From the human T2T-CHM13v2.0 reference genome, Homo sapiens: 64,000 nucleotides of DNA. The stretch's first letter is position 1. Each line of letters opens with the position of its first letter. The stretch lies in assembly GCF_009914755.1 (NCBI RefSeq), contig NC_060938.1. The stretch is one strand, 5' to 3'. Shown here in pieces: positions 1-13,559 of the stretch. The translations under genes were made by a program, and so were the position numbers. Below the pieces are notes generated by a model. The model was not told where the DNA came from. It saw only the letters and a list, made by a program, of their open reading frames with translations, and made no database searches.

Positions 1-50
1 GAAGATTCAAATGTCGACATCTTTGTGGGGCAGTTATTTTAACAATCACA
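1..50 (-). mobile_element. MLT1 (MaLR) LTR 5' terminus fragment
   Basis: Reverse complement resembles the MLT1 start TGTGGTAGGCTGAATAATGGCCCCCCAAAGATGTCCACATC. Confidence 0.5.
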
Positions 51-56
51 CTCTAT

Positions 57-1110
57 TTTTTCTTTTGTCACTTATGCTTTTGATGTCGTTTCTAAGAAAT
101 CATTGCCTAACCTAAACTCATGAAGATTTAGGCCTACATTTTCTTCTAAAAGTTGTATAGTTTTAGTTCTTACATTTAGGTCTATAATTCATTTGGCATT
201 AATTTCTGCATATGGTGTAAAGGACAAGTCCAATGTCATTCTTTTGCATGTGCACATCCATTTGTCCCAGTACCATTATTAGTTCAGAAGACTGCTTTTC
301 TCATAGAATTGTCTTAGCACCCTTATGAAAAATCAACTTACCAAAAATATGAGTTTATTGCCAGACTCTAATCCATTGATCTATGCTACATATCATATCA
401 CATTTTCTTGATTACTGCAGTTTTGTAGTAAGTTTTTATATCAGGTCACATGAATCCTCCAAATTTGTTAGTCTTTTGCAACACTGTTTTAGGTATTCTG
501 GGTCCTTCAAATTTTCATTTGAGTTTTTGAATTAGCTTGTTAATTTCTGCAAAAAAGGCAGAGGGGGTTTTGATGTAGATTGTATGGAAGCTATAGATTA
601 ATTTGAGAATTACTGTCATCTTAATAAGAGTAAGTCTTCCAATCCACGAACACGAGATATTTTTCTATGTATTTAGGTATTCTTTAACTTCTTTCAATAA
701 TATTTTGTAGTTTTCAGTGTACAAATCTTGCACTTTTGTGAGATTTACTCTTAAGTACTTTATTCTTTTTTCATGGTGTTATAAATGCAATTGCTTTCTT
801 AATACCATTTTTGGATTGTTCATTTGCCAGTGTATAAAAACATGAGTGATTTTTGTGTATTGATCTTGTACCCTACAAACTTAATGAACTAGTTTATTAG
901 TTCTAATTTTGTGTGTGTGTATTTGTGTGTGTGTGCGTGTGTGTATTCCTTACGGTTTTCTATAAACAAAAGCATGTTGTCTATTTACAGAGATAGCTTT
1001 ACTTCTTCCTTTCCAATCTAGATACCATTTCTTTCTTTCTTTTATTTGCTTAACTGCTCTAGCCACACCCTACAGTATAATGTTAACCAGAAGTAGTAGG
1101 AGCAGATACC
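57..1110 (-). mobile_element. Old L1M LINE-1 ORF2 fragment, with (TG)n at about 910-945
   Basis: Typical antisense L1 ORF2 text (aagaaatcattgcctaa..., ttcctttccaat...). Confidence 0.85.
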
Positions 1111-1436
1111 ACTTTTTATTTTAATTGTAAAAAGCAAAACATAAAAAATGCCAAAAGAAAGATGCAATTAGACATTTCAGGAGATGTAGTTATCACTTAT
1201 TAGTAGAAATAAAAGACCATGGCCTAGATCCCTAAGGATGAGTTGGAATTTGACAAAGTAAGACACATTCAAGGTAGAGGGAAAGGTGTAAAAAAATACA
1301 TTTAGAAAGAAAATACAGGGCATGATTATGAATACTAGGTACAATTTTTACAGATCAGAAAAATTGGAGGTCTGTCTTCATTTTATTAAATTTAATTATT
1401 AAAATACCAAGAATATAATATAGATTGTTTAAGTCA

Positions 1437-1675
1437 AGATATCTGATAGCACTACAGGGTAACTACAGTCAACAATAATTTATTGTACATTTTAAAATAA
1501 CTAAAAGATTATAATTGGATTGTTTGTAACAAAAACAAAGGATAAATGCTTGAGATGATGGCTGATGTGATTATTGTACATTGTATGCCTGTATTGAAAT
1601 ATCTCATGTACCCCATAAATATACAAGCCTACTATGTAACCACAAAAATTTTTCTGAATAGAATAAAATAAAGAA
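1437..1675 (+). mobile_element. L1MA-type LINE-1 3' end
   Basis: ttggattgtttgtaac...catgtaccccataaatatac...cacaaaaatt followed by an A-rich tail. Confidence 0.85.
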
Positions 1676-2197
1676 AATTTCATAAGCAGTATTTCAGGAG
1701 AATTATATTAGCACTGCATTAAACAATATTTTCCAGTATGTTCACTGATCAACCACAGTCAGAAGGATAATTTTCCATTGACTTCACAAAGTAACATTTT
1801 CTAAATTTGATGACTAATCAACAAATAATGATGAATTGTTAGAAAAAAAAAGTCAATTTAACCCAATTACAGCCTAACTCTGGAACAGGACAGGACATTT
1901 CACCTTTAAACTGGCAATGAATAGAACTTTGATAAGTCAAAAGAAATGATTCTAGTCTATGGAATCTTATAACATTTTAGTACCAGCTTTACAAAGGAGA
2001 ATTTCTCTCTCTGCTCATCCTTATGGCAAAAGAAAACCGCTAATGTCTGATGTGAAAATTCAGGTTTAAATTCTGGGATTGTACATCTCCCATTCATGCT
2101 CTCACACTTATTTGTTAAAGTTTGGCAGAAATTCAAACAAGCTGAAAAGCTCACTGCCATGCAAAGGCAGCAGTTTAGTTAAGACAGCATGACATTT

Positions 2198-4753
2198 ATA
2201 GCTGAATTCTACCAGAGGTACAAAGAGGAGCTGGTACCATTTCTTCTGAAACCATTCCAAACAATTTAAATGGAGTGACTTCTTCCTAACTCATTTTATG
2301 AAGCCAGCAACATACTGATACCCAAACCTGGCAGAGATACAACAAAAAAAGAAAACTTCAAGCCAATATCCCTGATAAACATCGATGTGAAAATCCCCAA
2401 TAAAGTACTGGCAAACCGAATCCAGCAGCACATCAAAAAGCTTCTACCATGATCAAGTTGGCTTCATCTCCAGGATGCAAGTCTGGTTCAAAATACGCAA
2501 ATCAATAAACATAATTCATCACATAAACAAAACTAAAGACAATATCTCAATAGACTCAGAAAGAGCCTTCAATAAAATTCAACATCCCTTCATGTTAAAA
2601 ATTCTCAATAAACTAGGCATTGATGTAACATATGTCAAAATAATAAGAGCCATATATGACAAACCCTCAGCCAATATCATATTGAATGGGCAAAAGCTAA
2701 AAGCATTCCTTTTGAAAACCGGCACAAGACAAAGATGCCCTCTCTCACTCCTATTCAACATAGTATTGGAAATTCTGGCCAGGGCAATCAGGCAATAGAA
2801 AGAAATAAAGTGTATTCAAATAGAAAGAGAAAGTTGAAGTGTGCCCATAATCCTAGTCCAAAAGCTTCTTAAGCTGATAAGCAACTTCAACAAAATCTAA
2901 GGAAAAAAAATCGATGTGCAAAAATCACAAGTATTCCTATAAACCAACAACAGACAAGCAGAGAGCCAAATCATGAATGAACTCCCATTCATTACTGCCG
3001 CAAAGAGAATAAAATACCTAGGAATACAACAAACAATGGAAGTGAAGAACCTCTTCAAGGAGAACTACAAACCACTGCTCAAGGAAATCAAAGAGCACAC
3101 AAACAAATGGAAAAACATTCCATGCTCATGGATAGGAAGAATCAATATCATGAAAATGGCCATATTTCCCAAAGCAATTTATACATTCGATGCTATTCCC
3201 ATTAAACTACCATTGCCATTCTTTACAGAATAAAAAAAAAACTTTAAAATTCATACAGAACCAAAACAGAGCCTGTATAGCCAAGACAATCCTAAGCAAA
3301 AAGAACAAAGCTGGAGGCATCCTGTTACCTGACTTCAAACTATACCACAAGGCTACAGTAACCAAAAGAGCATGGTATTGGTATGAAAACAGACACACCA
3401 ATGGGATGGAATAGAGATCTCAGAAATAAGACTATACATCTACAACAATCTGATCTTCGACAAACCTGACAAAAACAAGCAATGGGGAAAGGATTCCCTA
3501 TTTAATAAATGGTGCTGGGAAAACTGGCTAGCCATATGCAGAAAATTGAAACTGAACCATTTCCTTACACCTTACACAAAAATTAACTCAAGATGGATTA
3601 AAAACTTAAATGTAAAACCGAAAGCTATAAAAACCCTGGAAAAATAATCTAGGCAATACCATCTGGGACATAGGCATGGGCAAAGATTTCATGACGAAAA
3701 TGTCAAAAGTAATTGCAACAAAAGTAAAAACTGGCAAATGATATCTAATTAAACTAAAGAACTTCTGCACAGCAAAAGTAACTCTCACTGGAGTGAACAA
3801 ACAATCTATACAGTGGGAGAAAATTTTTGCAATCTATCCATCTGACAAAGGGCTCATATCCTGAATCTACAAGGAACTCAAACAAATTTACAAGAAAAAA
3901 AAATCCATTAATAGTGGGCAAAGGATATGAACAGACACTTCTCAAAAGAAGACATTTACAAAGCCAACAAACACATGAATAAAAGTTCAACGTCGCTAAT
4001 TATTTGAGAAATGCAAATCAGAACCTCAGTGAGATACCATTTCACGCCCGTCTGAATGGCAATTACTAAAAAGTCAAGAAACAACAGATGCTGGCAAGGC
4101 TGTGGAGAAACAGGAATGCTTTTACACTGTTGGTGGGAATGTAAATTAGTTCAAACATTGTAGAAGACAATGTGGCAATTCCTCAAAGACCTAGAACCAG
4201 AAATACCATTTGACCCATCAATCCCATTACTGGGTGTATACCCAAAGGAATGTATCATTCTATTATAAAGATACATGCATGCGTTTGTTCACGCCACGCT
4301 ATTCACATTAACAAGGACATGGAATGAAACTAAATGTCCATCAATGATAGACTGGATAAAGAAAATGTGGTACATAGACACCATGGAATACTATGCAGCC
4401 AGAAAAGGAACGAGACCATGTCCTTTGCAGGGACATGGATGGAGTTGGAAGCCATTATTCTCAGCCAACTACCACAGGAACAGAAAATCAAACACCACAT
4501 GTTCTCACTCATAAGTGTGAACTGAACAATGAGAACACATGACCCAGGGAGGGGAACAACACACACTAGGGCCTGTTGGGGGATGGGGGAGGGTGAGCAT
4601 CAGGATAAATAGCTAATGGATGCAGGCCTTAATACCTAGGTGAAGGGCTGATCTGTGCAGCAAACCACCATGGCACACGTTTACCTATCTAACAAACCTG
4701 CACGTCCTGCACATGTATCCCGTAATTTAAAATAAAATAAAATAACATAAAAT
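2198..4753 (+). mobile_element. 5'-truncated L1PA (about L1PA10-13 type) LINE-1: degraded ORF2, 3' UTR and tail
   Basis: ORF2 peptides in the ORF track ([33 protein letters not shown]); L1PA 3' UTR; (AAAAT)n tail. Confidence 0.95.
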
Positions 4754-5604
4754 ACTTGTTAAAAACAAAACTTTGCCGATTTGTGAGGTTAGTTACTGCA
4801 AATATTTCTTGCAGAGAGATTTGTGTCAGTGACTTTCACATTTTAAATATTTAAAATATAACTGAATGACTAGCAAAACTGTAGAAGTGCTAGGACTTTT
4901 CAGGATAAAACTTACAATTTTTTCAAAATAAATCAATCAGCGCACTTTTCTCCCTCAGAAAAGAATTTAGATTCAGCATAGAGTGAAGCAATAGTCCTCG
5001 TACAAAGTATAATTAATTCCTAAATTAAGGCTTGCTCCCTTTAAAGAATTTCTGATTTTGTGTAGGACAAACATTAGAGTAGGTGGTCATACTGTTAAAG
5101 ACCCAGTTTGTTAGAACATGGTGAGGAGATGGAGATGAATATTTTCCTCTATTTTAACATATTTTCTCCCATACATTTATAATAGCTACTGCTGGTGATA
5201 ACTAATCCTACTGTGATTTTCATCATTAAGTGTTAGCATAATGTCTTGAGAGCATGTGCATAAATTCAACAGTCCCAAGAAAGCAAAGCTTCATGTACAG
5301 ATTTCTCTGAAGGACCCACAGAGTTGTTTTCATTGGAAAGGTATAATAAATTAATAGACACATTAAGTTTCAATTTGAGCAAAAGAGGACTCTTTCATTT
5401 TATGAAATACTCTAGGTCCAGTGCTCCTCAAAAGTTAGAGGAGGAAATACTGCCCCCTAAGTGTTGCTGGTATTCTCAGAAGTCAGAAACAATTGTGCTA
5501 GTTACTTAAAGACTCTTTAACCATGATTCTTCACCAGGTAGGTACTGTAGATTCAGAGCCATTCCCACTAGGCCTAGTTCCCACTGCGAGGTGCCATGCA
5601 CCCT

Positions 5605-5720
5605 TTCATTTTTAAACCAATATGTATTGAGTGCCAACTGTGTAACCAGAACTGTGCTAGATGCTGGTGATCAAATGGAGCCAAAAAGCATCTTTGTTCT
5701 TAAGTTGCTTGTAGCACAAT
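5605..5720 (-). mobile_element. L2 3' end fragment
   Basis: aatatgtattgagtgccaactgtgtaaccagaactgtgctagatgctgg. Confidence 0.6.
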
Positions 5721-6080
5721 GGGTAAGAAAGACTGTATGGTGTAGATCACAAATTATCTATCAACTCCCTGATTTCCTCCATCTCCCTCAAACCTTTTGG
5801 CCTTTATTAGTACTTATTCTCCTCACCAGTGAATGCTTCCCCACTCCTCGTAATTAAAACCTTCCCCACTTTCAAGGTACAGCTAAACATTTTTTTCACA
5901 AATCCCAGACTGATATACACGTGCTTATCTAGAACAAAGCCTGTAACAAGTTACTCTCTTATCCCCGAAAGAGACTAACAAAAAGTTTGCATACTATAAA
6001 GGCCTGTTGTATTTGGACATGGCAAGTGACTAATGTAATAATTGGGGAGAGATTTTCAAGCCATTTTTCTTGCAGATCTA

Positions 6081-6424
<344 letters not shown>

Positions 6425-6794
6425 CCCAGCAACCCATAAAAACTCATCCTACTATGTTTTTAGCTGAATCGAAGTGAAGGATTCACTGAAGGACATGACA
6501 GCATAATGAAGTGAGAGGCATGAATTATATTCTTTGAAGGAGCCACCCTCAGCCATGAATCTTAAATGTTTATTACCTGGAATGAGTCACTGGGAAAGTG
6601 CCCACTCTAGGCAAGGGCATAAGGCATATAGTGACATATAGTGATCTCTGCCCCATAACTCAATGTTCTTATATGATTAGGTAGTTTTCAAAGCCCCAAG
6701 TAAAGAAACAGACATCTGCATAAGGTGTAATGTTTTTTCTATGGGAACAAATCTGACTTTAATAAGATCCCCATAGGGAATGAAACAAGCCAAA

Positions 6795-7085
6795 TATGAA
6801 AGGTTATATTCTATTTAATTACATTTTTATAAAATCATAGAACACAGAAAACTAATCTATAATTCTGGAAAGTAGGTAAGTTGCTTCCTGAGGCCAGGTT
6901 GGGGAACCTGGCTGCAAAGGAAAGCTAGATAATTTGGGGACATAATGGAAGTATTCTATATTTTCACCGTGAGGGTAGTTACACAGATGTACACATTTGT
7001 CAAAACTCATGGGCCTACAAACTTAAAATAAGTGCATTTTATTGCATGCTAATTATATCTAAATGAAATTTAAAGTTAAATAAAA
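6795..7085 (+). mobile_element. L1ME/L1MD-type 3' end
   Basis: aaaactaatctat...gtagttacacagatgtacacatttgtcaaaactcat...gtgcattttattgcatg. Confidence 0.75.
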
Positions 7086-7390
7086 AGGAAGCCAAAACAC
7101 ATACAGTTTTGTTCTAGTAATTCTAGAGTCAAGAAGTAGGACTTTCATGAGAATTAACTAACTTTAAGCATTTGACTCACCCTAAGAACTGAAACCTGAA
7201 AACAGATAAAGATTTAGCTCTTCATCATCTTCAGAAAGCATTTCTGACTCATTCTGGAAAGTCCATTTTAGAGGCTTATTTCCATATTTATGTTTTTCTT
7301 TGATGTTTCATATATTCAGGGACCACAGTAAAAGTATCATGCACGTGACGTTTGTTTTTGACCATTATCCAGCTTCACTTTCAGCCTCAC

Positions 7391-7450
7391 CTTCCCCACT
7401 CTGTCTCCTCCCAGGAAGCCCGTTTTATCCTTGGCTGTCCTGAAGGGCTC
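7391..7450 (-). pseudogene. Exon remnant (W)SPSGQPRIKRASWEETEWG, 60 nt
   Basis: Donor AAG|GTGAGG, acceptor tttatgtcacaag; open in phase 2, matching the 13560 donor. Confidence 0.35.
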
Positions 7451-7544
7451 CTTGTGACATAAATAAACAGCAAGTGCCTAGAAATTGTACTTTTCTGTTT
7501 TCCTTCTATCCTCATACCCCTACCAAAAATTACTACCAATATGA

Positions 7545-7770
7545 TTAACAGCTAATACTACCTAAACATGTAACATCTCCCAGGCATTCTGCTAAGTGGA
7601 GTGGTTTATTTAATTTTTAAAATATCCTTGTGAGGTTAGTATTTTGTTATTCCCCTTTGTGCAGATGAAGAAACTAGTCCTGTAGAGGTTAGGAAGCTTT
7701 CCTAACTCCTAAAAATTAGTAAGTCATGGAGTCTTGATTCAAGTCCAAATCAAGAGCCTGTATCCATAAC
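7545..7770 (-). mobile_element. MIR
   Basis: Core cagatgaagaaact...gaggttaggaagctt. Confidence 0.7.
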
Positions 7771-8667
7771 TAATATATCCTGGTAGATAAGCCCATTCTG
7801 TAAGAGCCCTGCTCTGCCTTAATCAGTAGCTAAATAAAATCAAGGATTCATGCTAAGGTGTTAGCGACTCACTGTGTTACTACACTGAGACCATACATTC
7901 AAAATCCCATCAAAACCTTCTTACTATATAGATGACTGAGAGTTTCTGTGATAGAGGGGTATGTTCAAGCAGTTATGAGACACTTTCATTACTAAACTCT
8001 GGTCATGAAAATTTCCCCTTAAAGGTTAAATCTTCTGGGTAATCGGTTTAAAAAATCTAAGAGAATCATTAAAATAAATTCAAGATTATGTATCACAGAT
8101 TTATCAAGATTGGGTAATCAATAAATGATATATATGAAGTAATCTATCCAACTTTTAAACAAAATGAATATTTTAATTAAAGAAATTACTTTTTTTCTTC
8201 AGTAAAACTGAAGTCAATTGGGAAAAATATTATAGGTGACAATTTCCTGTATTTTTTTTCTTTCCAGCAAATTCACCAAAATTCTTTTTCAATAATGAAC
8301 GTAAGTTAATAATGTTGGTAAAATTTTCCAACTATAATATGACTAGCCCCGGGGGTGTCATGGAATACATTAAGTCTTTTAACTTTGTATTTTTATATCT
8401 CAGAAATTGGAAAATGTAAAAAATAACTTTATAATATCTCCCTTTCTTTTATATTCATTGCTTATGAATATAAATATGACAAGTTTATAGTCATTTGAAT
8501 CACAATAGACCTTTGCCAAACACCTTTCTCCTAATTATTATAACAACTTTAAAATACTTTCACACATCTTTGGTTGGGTTTAGTAGTTGCTACTATGGCT
8601 TCCTTTAAAAAATATAGTCAATTATAGTTTATTTTAGAGAGAGTTAAATATATGGAAGATTCCTTAA

Positions 8668-8691
8668 ACACACACAGAGACGCACACCACA

Positions 8692-8739
<48 letters not shown>
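8668..8739. repeat. (CA)n microsatellite
   Basis: Direct observation. Confidence 0.95.
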
Positions 8740-8742
<3 letters not shown>

Positions 8743-8904
8743 CACAGAGTCTGGACTTGCCACTTCTAGATATAATTACCCAAGAAAAAAACATTGATTG
8801 ATTAAGACATTGAGCGTGCGTATAAACCTTTACAAGTAAAGTGTCTATAAGACATAGTCATAAAGTGTGCTTTAGTATACATGCTGGAAAAACAAGCTGC
8901 CATA

Positions 8905-9710
8905 ACCATGCAAAAAGGCATTCAACATCATTATTCATTAAGGCAATGCAAACCAGAGCCACAAAGCTAGGACTTCACAAATTCACACCTATTATGAAGG
9001 TTATCATTTTAAAAAGAATAGAAAATAACAAATGTTAGTAAGGATATTGAAAAATTGCAATCCTTATGTATTGTTGATGAAAACATAAAATATTACAGCT
9101 GCTGTGGAAAACAGTCTGGTGCTTCCTCAAAAGGTTAAACATAGAACTACTACATAGCCCGTCAATTCTACTCCCAGGTACATATTCAAAATAACTGAAA
9201 GCAGGAATTTGAACAAATATTTGTACACTGGTGTTTGTAGCTGCATTATTCACAATAGCCAAATGTTGAAAACAACTCAAGTATCCATCCACAGATAAAT
9301 GGATAAATAGAAAGTGATATATACATACAATCAAGTATTGTTCAGCCATAAAAATAATGAAATTTTGATACATGTGACAACATGGATAGACCTTGAAAAC
9401 ATGTTTAGTGAATAATTCAGACACAAAAGTACAAATATTCTGTGACTTCACTCACATGAGGTATCTGGAATAGGCAAATTCACAGAGACAGAAAGTAGAA
9501 TAGAGATAACCAAAGGCTAGGAGGAAAAAGGGAAGGGGAAGTTATTGTTTAATGGGTACAGTTTATGTTAGAGATAATTTCTGAAAAGATTTGGGTATAG
9601 ATAGTGGTGATGGTTGCACAACACTGTGAGTGTATTTAATGCCACTGAATCTGTATACTGACAAAGAATTAAAATGATAAACAGTATGTTCTATGTATTT
9701 CAAGCTACAA
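8905..9710 (+). mobile_element. L1MB-type LINE-1 3' region
   Basis: ggcaaattcacagagacagaaagtagaatag...gatagtggtgatggttgcacaacactgtg. Confidence 0.9.
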
Positions 9711-10968
9711 CTGTCTCTACACTCTTCCCCACCTAAATAAGGTTCAAAGACTTTCTCCACAGAAACAATAATTAGGAGAACTAACTGATATGAGATACAT
9801 TGTAAGGAAGTGTTATTTTAAAAATCTAGACACAATACCTAGTGAATATATACCTAGTTTAGTAGAAAGTGTCTGAGTTCAAATTACGAATCTCGTGTGC
9901 TACAACCACCATATGTCATTCTCTATTTGTTTCCCATCAGTTTATTTCATCTCCTAAACTAGATACTAAGACCATTTGGGAAGACATTATGCCTGTCCTC
10001 TTCTAGTATGCCTCAAAATATCATTATGCACAAAGAAGATATTCTGTAATTGAGTCAATGATTTTAACTTAAAACGAATCTGTTAAGCCATTCCATCTAA
10101 AACATAACTACATAGAAAATCTGCTATCAGGAAAGAATGAAGTCAGTTGGAAACTAAGACAAATGCTGTTTTTTTTTTTGCATTTTATTCAAATGGCATC
10201 AAATCAAATTAAGATAATTACTGATGTATACTTAGGCACAAAAGGAAAAGGCAATATATGGAACTCAAAGCACTTACACACAGCTATTTACTGCATTCAA
10301 TATTTTATTTATTCTAAGAAGTAGTAGAAAGTAGCACTTGCTTAGAATAAGGAGTCATGAGATTTTCATTTGACCCCACCAATGAATTTGATCCCATACC
10401 AAACAATAGGCCTTAAAAAAGTTACTGACTTTGCCTCCATTTCCCCCTTTGACAACATTTCCTGCATACATTTTGCGAGTTTCTGGTCTAAAATTATACT
10501 AATGTAGAACTGGAATAGATTTTTAAAAATAAGTGTGTCCCCATCTCTTCCTTTCACAGATAAATAAGGACAAGAGCATGTAAATTACATTCTCAAGGTT
10601 GCTCTGCTGGTCAGTGAGTGGGTCAGTGCTAGAGCCAGGGCTCGGAATCAAGTCTACTGATGGATTATTCTGTGTCATCGTCCCTTCAACTCTGTGTTTT
10701 AAAATGAAGAAGAGGTCTTTTTGGAATGTATAAAATATATACAAATTAAAGATTTAATATATTTATATAGACAACCTACTGCATATTTCACATATCCTCA
10801 ATAATGTCACTCCACAGAGCCAAAATAAGAGCTGATTTGGTTGTTAGTTTACACTATACAGAATAAAGAAGTGTAATTCAAATTTTCAAGGAAATGTGAC
10901 ATACATGACTTATAGCCATATAGACGACATGGCTACATTGAATTTTCTCTTCTATAATATTGCATATG

Positions 10969-11303
10969 GGCCAGGCGCGGTGGCTCATGCTTCTAATCCC
11001 AGCACTTTGGGAGGCTGAGGTAGGTGGATTGCTTGAGCTCAGGAGTTTGAGACTAGCCTCGCCAACATGGTGAAACCCTGTCTGCACTAAAAATACAAAA
11101 AAGCAGCTTTTTGTATTTTTTCGTATTTTGTATTTTTTGGGGATTGCAGGTGGTGGCGTCCACCTGCAATCCCAGCTACTAGAGAGGCTGAGGCATGAGA
11201 AACACTTGAATCCGGGAGACAGAGTTTGCAGTCAGCGGCAATCACGCCACCACACTCCAGCTCGGATGACAGAGCAAGATATTGTCTCAAAAAAAATTTT
11301 AAA
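10969..11303 (+). mobile_element. Alu (J/S) with internally rearranged linker
   Basis: Alu left and right arms; degenerate TSD aatattgcatatg / aatatcgtatatg. Confidence 0.9.
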
Positions 11304-13559
11304 AATATCGTATATGGTTGTCCCAGGAAAATAGTCTAATACTTGACCTAATTCTTATTGAATGAATGTCTACATGGTTCCTTTTAAAGGTAGTAAGAAT
11401 TGTGTCCAAACTTTTTCCAGGACTCTCTGTAGTCTTGATTTATTGGAGTTCTATGCTGTTGAGATAAAAGGAATGCATCTAAACCCACAGGTGAGGATGC
11501 TTATGTTTCACAACTCCAACCTCAGTCATCCTTGTCCTGGTAAACTACACGAGTTGTGTCTTTTCTCATCGGATCATTAAAAAAAAAAAAAGTAGGGAAG
11601 AGTGCACTGCACTTCAATTATCAATCCATCCCTACTGCCAAAAGGCAGCTTTCAACTGTCTGTCTGATTGCTCAGAAGTCATCTCCAAGTAATGAAAAAA
11701 GTAATGTTAGCCAGTAGGTTTCCCATGATTTAATGAGCAACTTTAACAAGAATTTTAAATTTAGTGATACCAAAATTGTATGCTGTTAATATAGCACTTT
11801 CTTACAACATACAGAGATATGTGGTACAAAATATCTACTGTTTATAAGACTGTATAGCTATCTAGAGTAACAGTATAAGTATGTTTTCAGAAGTTTTTTA
11901 GAGTACAGGCTGACAAAATATTTTATATGAAGTCAAACAGAAATCCTAAGCATCTTAATTTAACAAATATTTTTGAGCACTGACTATGTTGTATATTGGC
12001 AACCTCCTTTTGCTCTGTCGAATAAATACTAGTCAGGGCCATCAGCTAAATAGAGATGAGGAGTGAGACAGGAGGCATGAAGAAAGTAGTGAAGGTCTCT
12101 AATATTTAAAGAGAACAATGAAGAGAGGCTGTTTGGAACAGCTGTGGTTATAGGGCAAGATAAAGGACTCCTTTGAGGTGACAGGCCATGAAGTGAATAC
12201 TTTTGTGACTTTCTTCACCAGTCTCTACATCCTAGGTTTAGAAGCAAATTTTTTTAAAAAAAAATCTGTATTGATCAAAGGCAGTTATCTTTCTGGAAGA
12301 TGACAAAGGATTAAAAAGAAATAGTTTAAGGTATGACCCTTAAACTATAAAGGATGCTTACATATAAAGCTATTTTCTGTTACTAGTGTAGGATAAAACA
12401 GCTCTATTCATTTCCTTTTCCATTATTCAACAGTGAAATGAAATGGTTTTATTTAAAACATTTCTTATTTTAAATAAGAAAGACAATAGCATGTCAGAGT
12501 TATATACATAGTTGAGATAAAACTAAAATGTTGTTCCTAAAAAATGTGGGTAAAAGATTTTTTCATTCCCATTTCAGTGGCATCTGAGACAAGGTCAAAG
12601 GGTCATGTTTTAGCTACATCAGTGAATAGTGTTTAGATCTGTTAGCCCAGTGCATATGAAAGCGAGTCTGTGTATGTATGGGCCTATGCTAAAAGACATT
12701 CTTTAATGAAAGTTGAACTTGATTTAACTACAAGGAAATCTATTGAATCCATAAAAGTACAAAAATTATATTCTCTCCCCCAGCTTCGGAGTTTTGATTT
12801 AGGCTTATTTTCCTGGAGTCGCTATGCACTGTTTTATGTATGGCTACTATAGGAAATTTACTCATTCAGAAACAATGATACATTTATGATGCAGAATAAA
12901 TGATACAATCTACGCTACATTATTAACCTAAGAAAGCTCCTCTCGGGACTGAAAACTTGTGACTATTTTGAATGCTAACAAACTATTTTTTTAAAGTAAG
13001 TGACACATATTTTGCTTCCATCTTCTACCAGCAATGTAATGTTTCTATGAAATGACCATGTTAAACAACCAATCGACAGACCCAGTCACAAAAGTGCCCT
13101 ATGAGTGCCAGTCATTCTAAAATCCAAAAACACGGGTAAGACCTAGAGTCCCAGCATGGAGTGAGTGCACTAAAAGCACTAATTAATGCCTGCTTCCAGA
13201 TCATGGTGAGCCAAGAGAAATGAACAGCATTAACTCTGATCAGATGAATCACTCATTAAAACAGTAGAATAATTCAACTTTATTTTACAGGGTGTTTACA
13301 GAGCTCTGAAGCTCTTTATTTAAAAAAAAAAATCACAATTTTTCTAAAAACAACAGGAAAAAAGAGACCACCTATGTTCCTTCTCTTTTTAGGTTGAAAT
13401 GTGCATATTTTTAGTTTCCTGCAATGTCTCTATCAAAAACTATTTACAGTAAGGAAGAGTTTGCACAGGAATTTCTTTTTGCCCCCTTGGAGGATAAAAG
13501 TGACAGACAGAAAATTGTTAGACTTTTTCCTTGAGGCCTCCAATGGCAGGAAAACTTAC

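Noticed and set aside
2475-4566. RT-like ORFs
   Set aside because: Frameshifted, 5'-truncated L1 ORF2 fragments; not an active element
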